A stretch of 62,987 bases of DNA, counting the filler, from Sluysia triapertura (taxonomy: Eukaryota): NCBI GenBank assembly GCA_046118255.1. It is 4 parts of 4 records of this genome, joined end to end, with 100 filler letters (N's around TTAATTAATTAA, not from the genome) between each part and the next. Parts side by side here need not be neighbours in the genome. Positions count along the whole stretch, not along the records: positions 51,943 to 62,987 come from JBJNIA010189664.1; 3 more parts are not named here. One strand, 5' to 3'. Below the pieces are notes generated by a model that saw only the letters and a list, made by a program, of their open reading frames with translations, had not been told where the DNA came from and did no database searches. A program made the position numbers and the translations under genes. This document shows positions 52,272-62,987 of the stretch, piece after piece (positions within the stretch are counted from its first letter, which is position 1; every line of letters starts with the position of its first letter).

Positions 52272-52830
52272 ATGCTGATTTTTGATATAATATCAATAAC
52301 TAAAATGAGTGTAAAAGTCGATACGAGTACTGTGTCAACATTATGTCACATAGAAGCTCTTAATTTCGACATGAGACAAAATCCATGGTTGGATCGTTGG
52401 TTACAAATTAATGGATATTCACCTTTCAAATATTTAGTTCATTATCATTGTTTTATGATACCAATATTTCCACATATTTATATTAAACAATTCTCACAAA
52501 AAATAGAATATTATTGTTTTCGCAAATTGCAATTGACTGGAAATGTTGCTTGTTTTTATAGAAATGAATACTATATGGTTGAATGTATTTTTGATATTTG
52601 CAAAGGTAGATATTTAGGTCTACTAGCTGTGCTACAATATATTTGTAAAGCACTGAATCTTACAAAATATGAAGTTAAACATTTAATATAATTAGCAAAA
52701 ACTGGTGAAAATAAATTGGAGTCAATTAATATATTGGATAAAGATACTCTATTAGCTACTGAAATCCAGTTACTACTGATGATGGTGCAGGTGAAAGTGA
52801 TAGCGATGGTAACATATCACGTTATTCATT
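52272..52830 (+). pseudogene. Intronless orphan ORF after a (TTA)n tract (139 aa, then a stop and an acidic tail)
   Basis: ORF 52272-52691 has protein-like composition; reading resumes after the TAA. No domain recognised. Confidence 0.4.
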
Positions 52831-53445
52831 TATTAACGTTAATTATAATTTCATAGTTGTTTATTTACTTAATTTATTGTTTTCAAAAGACCGTAACCCT
52901 ATTAAGTTAATTGTTTATAAATTTTATTTAAATTGTTTAATCTTAATTGTAAGTTCCAACTTTTTTCATAAATTTTTGAATTTAAAAACGAAAAGAAAAC
53001 AAAATTTAATGTTTTGAATAATTTTTTAGCCTAAAAACGAAAAAGCCCTCCCCACAATAATAACAAAGCCAAACGTAATTAATTTCTTTGAAGAAAATAA
53101 TCAAATTAAATTAGTATTACTTAACTTTATTTAATCTAAATTAAATTTTTAAATAAATTAAATTATTTGATTGAATTTTTTGGATAATGCAAATCACTTG
53201 AAAAATATGAAAAATATGTTAATTTCATTTTATGATCAGTGATAATTTTGTTTAAATCGATAAATATCCTTGAGAGTAGATATTGCTCTTTTACAAAAAT
53301 TATAAAGCAAAATTGATACATTTATAAATATTCTTCGTTAAGTTTCGTTGTCATGTCAACTCTAATGATTAAAAGATTGTGTTTCTTGTACCTTTTGACT
53401 TTGGTTGTGTTCTTTCACCTAATAACATTTTTATAGTTTATGTTG

Positions 53446-55160
53446 TGGTGGCTCAGCCGTTTATCACGATCATACTATATCATTAACACCACTTACAGAC
53501 ACGAACGAAAACTTTATCAGATATATACCATCACATATACCATCACATAACATCCCATCAAATCTTATACTATCACTATTACATTTCAACTCCAAAAACA
53601 ATAGAATTATTAAATCATCTATTTAAATTAAATTCTAAGTCAATAATATTAACCGTACCTTTAAAATAAATATAACTACCACAGACATCATATCATTTTT
53701 ACAGTTTCGTTGATACTTATGTTTTTATTATAATTTGAAAAGTCAGAGAAATAACTCATGAAATACGTTATTAATAAACAAAGAATTAAATAAGTAAAGA
53801 ATTGAGAAATTAAACATAAAGAAATTATTTAATTAAATAAAGAAATGTGAAGATTAAGTTAATCTTGGACTATTTTTGGAATTGGACAAAAAAATTTAAA
53901 AATAAATTTGAAGTGATAATTTTAAAATGAATTATGACTTTTCAAAGTGCAATGCTTAATGAATTTAGTTCAGATCGATGTGAAATCAAAGTTTATAATA
54001 CTGAGTGTTGTGAGAAGTCTATCCAATCATCATTGTAATGTATATATACACAATCAAAATTAGTAGTGTATTCACAACTAAATAAGCCACATAATACTTT
54101 GGCAAACAAAAAATTAATGTGTATAAAAACGAAAGAACGCTAAAGTTTATGAAGTTATTACGAAGAAAGTAACATGGCTTATATAGAATAGATGAATTAT
54201 AAATTGTATAAACTTGTTACGAATGCAGACTATTTCTCATATAGAACAGGTAATGTATAATGTAAATATGAATACAGATCATAAGTTCTTCGTTGAAGAG
54301 ATGATTAATAAACTTAATTTAAAGGCATTTGATACAATGTTTCATGAAGCTAAGATGATTGTTGATGAACCTGAACAAGACAGCAGTTTCGAAGTAAGAT
54401 AATTTCGAGTTATTAAACACTTTGTCGATTTTCTGGAATTGTTTGAAACGTAAAGTCATTATCATTCATGCATGACCTAGCACATTAGATATATAAATCC
54501 TATTCCTACTGTTTCATGTTTGTATCGGTCACTAAGTGATTACTATTTGTGATTGTGTATTTTACGAGCTGAAAGTAATATCAAGTCTTATTATTTAATT
54601 TGCGATCTCTTTTTAAATTGTGCTGCAAAATTAGCCTGTATACACGAGTATACAGATTTGTTAATTCTTTTTTTAGTGATTGTAAATGTTCTTATGTTTT
54701 GTATATTTTTAATTTGGACTTTTTTATAATTAAATGTTATGATGTTTTAAATGCTAAGTATCATTATCTTTTAAATAACGTGATATTTGATTTTTCAAAT
54801 AAAAAGAATGGCTTTTTTCTTATGTCAACACAAATAGAGATACAGTCTTCAACATCAGAAATTAATGGTATGGTCCATTTCGTCATGTACAGGTCACTAT
54901 TCAAACCTTTACAATAACTTGTATGGCTAGTTGCATGGAGTCTCTTTGGTACTATAAATTACCTTGGATTGTTTGTAATTTGGATGATAATGATATTCTA
55001 GTGACGTTAGGTGAAAGTCATTCGAGTTTCGTAATGCTGACCAGTGTTAGTGAATTAATCAGTGACAGAAAATTTTATTCACAGTAATTCAAACATGATA
55101 TATGGACGATTTGACTATAAAGTCATCGTTTTACATGTTACTTTATAACAAAAATAAAAA
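53446..55160 (+). mobile_element. Cassette copy F: PBS-like motif, short A/C-rich leader, decayed orphan ORF (about 53930-55120)
   Basis: TGGTGGCTCAGCCG resembles a tRNA-Pro-type Gypsy PBS (TGGGGGCTCAACCG). ORF pieces 54214-54402 and 54600-54917; AATAAA near 55153. Confidence 0.45.
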
Positions 55161-56149
55161 CCGTTTTTTATTATTTTTGTATTTATATTTTAAAGTCTGA
55201 GAATTATAATAAATTATTTAAGTGCAGTAAGCATAGTACTAACTATTTCATTAATGAATATGATAATAAAGTTTTCGATAACGAAGTTAAGAGACTAATA
55301 AATAACATAATGAATAATAATAATTTTATATAAATCATATAAATTTCATAAATTTGATAATCAACCATCATTATTATATTATATGACCAATATTCTTTTT
55401 ATTTAATTGCATCTATATTTTACTAATTCTATGGTCAATTTTATTCTATAATGTAATTTATTCATTCATATCCACGTTTAATGTTTATTTACGTTTATTT
55501 ATTAATTTTTTACTTCTACTTTATTAAAACAATGTTTATTCGTTTCTCTGTTAGTTTCATTTATTTCTTGCTAATTGTATGCGATACATTTCATCTTTCA
55601 TTCTTTATATCATATTTTGTTTTCTTTTATTTCCTTCGAAGCATTTCTTTCTTAATTTTGTTTTTTAACTAAATTCAATTTAAATTTTGTTTTATTCTAA
55701 CAAAAATATATAACTAAAATATAAGATTAAATAAAATTATTGGTACAGTATAACCCATTGATTAAATCAAATAAAAAAATAATAATGAAAAATCATAGAT
55801 TAAAACTGTATCATTTTGAATAGATGGCGTTTCTCATTTTATGATTTTTGGAACAACATTCTTGGATTATTAAATGTTCATTTCATCTTTAAAATGTCAC
55901 CTTCAGACTTGTCATTGTTTTTTCTAGAATATTTTGTTCAGTGAATTAACCCTTCTCTACAATAATTTAGAAACATTTATAATAATTGAATAATAATAAT
56001 AATGTTTTAAATACAATTCATTTAAAAATAGAGCAGTATTTAAATATTCATTGTTATTTAGAAATGTTTCTTAGAATGTTTGTTATTTGAACTTTTTAGG
56101 TGATTTTTGGAATTTGATTTACGTTGGATTGAGTGTTTTGTTTTTTATT

Positions 56150-57800
56150 AAACACTGCGGCGACCATTTGATGAAATACAATAACATCTACTTTCTTATA
56201 TAGCATTATACAATCTATATTTAATTTTAAGTAAGTTTTCTCATTGGTAAAGTATAATTAATATATTCAGATTGATATTTGTTTTATAATTCAAATGAAA
56301 CAATTATTAAATAGATAATTATACATATAAAAGACAAAGTTTTAAGAACAATAATTATTTTATAATTTAAATTTAATTTTATGTTATTATTAAATATTTA
56401 AAAACACAAATAATAACAAAACCCTCCAAATATAAAATATAAATATTATTTTTTTTACTTAAACTTAAATATATTATTTGTAAGAAACTCTGTCTTTGTA
56501 ATTGTATTGCGACCACTTATTCAGATTTAGTTAAAATAAAATTCACAAAAAATAAATATGTACGTTTTTAAAGTTTTGTATAGAAAATTAAAAATTTATA
56601 TTTTAAATAGATTTTACTAAATTAATTTAAAATTTAAATGTACTTTATTTATTTATTATTTAATTTTTTTTATGTAAATACTCATCTGTCTAGAAATAAG
56701 TGTCAAATTTCGATTTTTTTCAAAAAATAAGAAAAACGGGATTTGCATTTAAAACTTAACTGCCATTTTGAAAAATCTTTTGTAATGAACACCAGATCAA
56801 CTCATGACAATCACAAGCAAGCATCAACACAAATCAACACTTCTTACATAAACAAATTAATCAATACATACAAAACATAAACACAGTCATAATAATTATT
56901 AAACTTTTGTATACTCTTATTGTTGTTACAATGTTTAGTTTGTTGTTCTTTTTTCTTGTATGTATGTTTATCTATATGCATATATTTTCTATTGTTCCTC
57001 GCATTTTATCGCTATTATTATTGTAATTTTTCTTTTCTTACTTCTAATTATATATGTTTCATTACATTGCTAAATAAGTTAAATTAAGCAAACAATGTAA
57101 TGATATTTACCTGATGCCAACGGCTTTAATATATCGTTTTATTGTACTTGTTTTGGCAATTTCCCATCCAGCTTATAAATCATACAAAAATTTAAAAAGG
57201 AAACAGTAAAAAGAAAGTGTAATGCGACTGATGTATTGGATTGTTTTGCTACATACGTGGCAGTTGAAATTATTACAGATTATACTGGTTACCGTTTTAT
57301 AATGAAGTCAAAATATTATTTGTATTATGGATGGTGCTTCCAGCTACCAGGGACATAGTATTTAGGAAGCTAATTCTTCCAGAAATTGATGAGTTTATTG
57401 TAAAAGCTAGTGATTAGTACTGGTTACGAATTGTTGTCTAAACGTGGTGTAAGAGTTTGAGATCTCAGTAATCAACCAACATGACTTTTATTGTTCCCAT
57501 CATCACTAACTCAAAATCAAATTTCAGATACAATTGGCTTCAACATCTGGTTATCTTCAATATCTTAAGATGGTTTTTATGACAGACACTGAGTAATTGT
57601 GGAACTGTTCCAGAACTCGGCTTCCAGTTGTTGAAGAAGATTCACATCAATAAAATATGTTTGAATCTAGAAATAAAGAATGAAGACGTATTTCAGAGAG
57701 AACAAGATACTCACAAAGACCAAATTCAGTTTATTCCACATCTTAACTTTTATGAATCTTGTATTGTTAAAATTTGTTTACTCTTATTTAAACATTTTTG
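56150..57800 (+). mobile_element. Possible LTR-retrotransposon remnant with an integrase-like fragment (copy G)
   Basis: GCGGCGACC PBS-like motif (about 56157), A/C-rich tract 56790-56890, and ATDVLDCFATYVAVEIITDYTGYRF, similar to integrase-core L...F..YG.P..I.TD.G..F. Confidence 0.3.
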
Positions 57801-58329
57801 TAATTGATTTTAGTGATTAATTTCTTATTGCATTTTATTTTTGTAACTACACTGTACATGATCAATCTAGGCGTATAATCTGTTTCGTCATAACAATTCC
57901 TAAACTTAGTGATACATAAAGAATACAAAACTAAATATATTATTTTTCGATTAAGTTATCAATAGTTGTGATGTCAAACATAATTATTTATACAACTCTG
58001 ATGGAAGGTAGCTATTCCGGCTAAGATTTCTATTATCGTAATACAATAAGGTCTACTTTTCTATTAAAAATATCCGTACTTTTAGTTTGAATAACACCAT
58101 ATGATATATCAAAAATTAATTCTGCTTTGATGTTTTTATTAATGAACATTAGAAACGCTTATAAATGATAGTATCAATTTGATAATCAATTTGTGATATC
58201 ATTAACGATCCTCACAGTTAAAATAATTCCGTTTAATTAAACCTTACACGACCAAACAGTTGCTTTCATTCCTTTCATTATTATTTGTTATATTCACACA
58301 AAATTAAAGCACTAAATGAAACTCACATT

Positions 58330-59034
58330 CAATTATTCATCATCCTACTTACTATTACTGATATTACTCCTTTTATTATTACTATCCTTACCACTATTAC
58401 TTCTACTTACTATTACTACTTTTACTACTAGCACCACTATTACTACTATTTCTAAATGTAATTATTATAATTATTAATTATTATTATATTTAATTGTTAT
58501 TATTTTCATTATTATTGTTAGCAGTCACTTTAATATTACTTATATTATTATTATTATTAATACTATCATTATTATTAGTACTATCAATATTATTAACTAT
58601 ATATATTTATACAATTATTATTTCTGACAACTAAAATTAAAATAAAATATATCTAAATTCTAATTATTAGCATCACATTAGCTACTGATGTGCATTATCA
58701 TTTTTATTATTAATACTATTATTTTATTATTACTATTATTATCATAATAATATATGTCACCATTATCATAATTAATATCATCATCATTTACTTGCCATCA
58801 TTATCATAATCATTATTTTCATCACTATATTACACATCAGCATATATGCATAGTTACATTTCTCGTTATCATCATTTTCTATATTATCTTCGCCATCTTC
58901 ACCATTGTCCTTTATATTATTACATTTAACATAGAGTCATATCTTCGACTGTAGTTATCATCATTGTCATCATTATTAATATCATCATGTAATTCATCAT
59001 ATTCATCATCACTGTAATTATAATCAACTCCATT

Positions 59035-59070
<36 letters not shown>

Positions 59071-59090
59071 TTTATCACTACCATCTTCTA
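58330..59090. repeat. Compound low-complexity tract (TAC/TAT/CAT)n
   Basis: Degenerate trinucleotide repeats; perfect (CAT)n at about 59030-59070. Confidence 0.85.
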
Positions 59091-62000
59091 ATCTAGCATA
59101 TATAATATCAGTAAGTTTTGAAAAATTTAAAATGTCTAATTTTGTTATTTATTTTCATAAATAAATATTTATAAAGAAAATTGAATAATCATCAACAAGA
59201 AGCTAAATAATGATACAAGCTTACAGTTTGCATTATTGGCTATGAAATGTATCGATGACAATTTAACAAAACACTGATAGCTGTATCTAGAAGTGTCGAT
59301 TGAAATTTTAAAGTTGTTAATGTTGGTCCTAGTCGCGATTGTAACATTAAGTCAAGAAAAGGTAGCTCAGCGCTTATATCACTCAGATTTAATATGAAAT
59401 GTTTAAAAGAAATATATTATTTATATGTTTGTTATGAATATAAATTGTATTATAAAGATTATATATGCTACCTTATAAGTAATCATGAAACAGTTGAATA
59501 GTATCATAAAGAATATTTATACCATTTTAATAATAACCATGGAAATGATAAATCATGTGGCATAAATAATTTAGATGGTATTGAAAAGGAAAATTCTTGT
59601 TCTGAAAGATGGAATTCTTTAGTTTAAGATGGCCCTGAACATTCACTAAGTGTAAATCACGATGTACCATATGTTTATTATACTAAACACAAATCTATGT
59701 AGTCAGAGATATCTAAATTTGGCATTTAGTGATTTTATAATTAATCTGCAAGACCTCTTCAAAGTTAGAGATTTTATTTGTGCCTTCAAGCTCTCGATTA
59801 AATGACTTGAACTTTAATACTTCTAAATTAAATGTTAATGAATTTTTTCATAATTTCAATATACGATGCTTAGAAATACAATTACAAATTAAACGATATT
59901 AAAATTTTTAATAAAATTACAAAGATTAGGCGTTTTTGTAATTATGTTCAATCGCTAATGATAATTTAAGTAACTCAATCTCATAAGTTGCTATGCAATA
60001 CGCTTACATTAAATTAATGAGTTCTCAAACCCTGAATTAAACACTGTTGCCACAACCATTAATACCACTTTGAAATCGATTTTTCTTTTGATAAGAATCT
60101 TAAGTCCACGTGTATTTTGATTAAGTGACTTCAAAAAATCATAATAGTTGAAAGTAAACCTAATATTTCTTTAACCATAATAATAAGTTAATAAGATTTT
60201 CAATCTATTGAAAATACTTATTTTAAGGTATAATAAATTACCAAACAATTATTTACATGAATTGTCTAGTTATATTTAGCATTGTCAATTGAAAATACTA
60301 ATTGTAAGAGCATAAATTTGAAATGATATTGGTAGAAACTTGTGAATCGTGTCTGTTAAAAAAATTTGATATAATAAATTAATACGAGTACTATTTTCAA
60401 TATTACACTTCAAAGTTTATGTAAACTAAATTTAATATTTAACAAAATATTGAACTCTCTCGGTATTAGTGTCGAAATTTCTTATTTAGTTAAATTAAAC
60501 ATCATTCGTAAAGAATTAAATGGAAGTATCCAAAATCAAAAAATAGATTTCGAAAAATAATTAACAAAAAAATTGTTATTTCTTTTTGATTCGGTCATTT
60601 ACCTCGCTAAAATATTGTTACGGAGTTTTTCTAGGTCTTAAACCAGCTTTAAATCAAATATTAAAATTTTGTACGAATTATACAATTACTATTTATAAAC
60701 TTCCAAATTTATAAACAATGTTGCAGTTGCATTTTAAATTATACTTGTTATTTTGAATTTTCATTTTAGAATTTTTGAATATTTTATAACACTGATTTGT
60801 TTAGAAGAATACGTAAGATTTACTTCAATATTAATAGTAATTATTTGGATTATTAGTCAGAAGTGTTTTTCAATTCCTATACGAATTATTATAGTTTTTT
60901 ATTTGAACTTATTGTGAAATTTAATTTAATTTAATTTCAATTTTACATTCATTCACGTAGCAAGACTTTTCATTTAGAAATTTTATTCTACAAATTACGA
61001 TTTATCCTATTATTAAATAATTAAGACTAAAAGTTAGAAAATTTTATACACAAAATTTCAAATTCACAAAACAAGTTATGTGTATAGAACAAATTAAACA
61101 TAACATAAGATTCATTACATTGATCTTTTATCATCATCCAGAAATACTTTTTAATTAATCGACTATGATTTAAAGCAACATCACCGACACTTAAATCACG
61201 TAAAAACAAATATAGGAAATAAAATATATGTTCTGAATTAAAATTTTGATTTTACTCAATATATACATACCTGGTTCCTTTAAAGTTTATACAAAGTAAA
61301 GATCTTTCATATTTTATTTTCTATCAGCAGTTATTAGATGAATAACGTTTTCATATTAAAATGAATCAAAATAAAATAAAGTGATACTATATCTAAGTGA
61401 ATGAAAGGTGCACAATAAAGGTTGAATTCATGTATGAATTCATATAACAAAATTGTAAGTATGGTTTTGTATCACCTATCTGTATTATATTATCTGTTAA
61501 ACTTTGATAACACTTTTGTGCCTTACGAATTCTCATGTAGTTTGAAGTTTACCTGTTTCATTTGTACAATACTTTTTCCATTGGTTTTCTGAGCATTTTT
61601 TCCTGTAAAGATAAAGTTAGCGCGAACCTCATCAATTTTTTCCTTCTTATTTCCTTATCTAATCGATCGTTTTTATACATTAATATTTGATAAATTTTCT
61701 CTGGTTGAGTTTGTCCAAAAGGGCAACAGAAATCAATATTATTGGTTGTTCATTTTCAATAAACGGTCCAAGGTAAATCGTATTTCAAATACCAAAGGTT
61801 GAAACAGAGTTTTGTACAAATTAATCAATATATAATTCAACACTCAAATTTCGCAGTCTAGTTTCTGCTTCCTTTTGGCAATTTTCTATGACTACTAATG
61901 AAAACTACTTTCAATTTCTGGTGAAAGCAGTAACGCGTATTTACTATATTGATATTATTGTATCCGCAACAATAACATCATTTTTAATATTCTCTGATAT

Positions 62001-62904
62001 TTTGACTTATTTTCAGCTTATTTCATTCTTTCTATTGATCAATATTGGTTTCATGGGCAGCGGCATTTTTTTCTTTGATAGTTCAATCCATCTTCTTTTA
62101 TATAATTTAGTAAATATCGATCCATAAACTCATCTGCTTACTTAGAGTCATTTTATTGTTACTAATTTGCAATTCTATTCTCTATCTGAATATATTATTA
62201 TTATTAGTTTTTCTATCAACTGTGATTCTTTTAATATTTTTTCTATCCTTCAATTCGAAAACATTGTTATGATCCGAACATGCTTTATTTTACTTCTATA
62301 TTAGTTGATCTATATGTATCTGAGTAACTTTTATAATTTATATATACCTCACATGATCAAAACCATGTATGACTATAACTAATTAACAAATCATAATTTA
62401 ATATTAACATGGTTATTGTTTTTGAATGACTTTTTGAATTATTTTTTCACATTCACAGAAATGTTTACCATTACTATCCACAGTTACAGCGTTTATTGTT
62501 TTAAATAAATTTAAAATTATTTAAATAAAAATAAATAATTAAATAAATATTAGAAAATTAAATTTAACTATACTTTAATATTACTTATTTTCGAGAAAAT
62601 ACAAATTAATTTTTAATGTAGAATTTTAACATCATTATGAAATAAAAATATATAAAAATCAATTTTATACATTTTTAATAAAAGATAACACTTTAATAAA
62701 AGTTTCACAGTAAAAATTTAAACAATTTGCGTGACAATATCTATAAATAACTCTACTTAAGTAATTGAGAAAAGAAATAATAGTTCAAGAAAAGATTGGT
62801 TTTGTACCCAAAAAATTAATTCAAATGATCATATAATAATAATAATAATTTTACTTTAATTATCTCTTCATTTATAAGTTAGTTATATTTCTTTAAAGCA
62901 CGTT

Positions 62905-62925
62905 ATAATAATTATTATTATTATA

Positions 62926-62987
<62 letters not shown>
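62905..62987. repeat. (ATT)n microsatellite at window end
   Basis: Near-perfect array. Confidence 0.95.

Noticed and set aside
61000-62300. Coding-like minus-strand region with some splice-like sites
   Set aside because: I could not assemble a stop-free exon chain or recognise a domain; it may be a real gene or pseudogene and needs RNA-seq.

Overview
Very AT-rich eukaryotic (metazoan, probably invertebrate) draft-assembly DNA. It has three artificial 100-nt joins (44 N + TTAATTAATTAA + 44 N) and one 276-N gap, so the segments may not be truly contiguous. Two spliced host genes can be rebuilt by eye: a very compact TOX-family HMG-box gene (minus strand, 4618->1638, last exon not found) and eight internal exons of a CCDC154-like coiled-coil gene (plus strand, 15246-20676). 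Both mix 35-55-nt mini-introns with kb-sized introns, which in the CCDC154-like gene are filled with TEs. The rest is decayed TEs (mariner, Tc1, rosa/DD41D-like, hAT, piggyBac, L2 and other LINEs, a possible Penelope, a SINE head, Gypsy), a tRNA-Ala pseudogene and (AAT)n microsatellites. The most interesting pattern is a recurrent cassette seen in whole or part about 8 times: PBS-like TGGTGGC motif -> A/C-rich leader -> (TTA)n tract -> covarying ~60-nt hairpin -> ORF. One copy leads into a PNMA-like Gypsy gag. The others lead into different intronless orphan ORFs, one of them possibly a macrodomain. This suggests a Gypsy-derived non-autonomous 'cargo-carrying' element family. All family assignments come from motif recognition by eye, not from searches.
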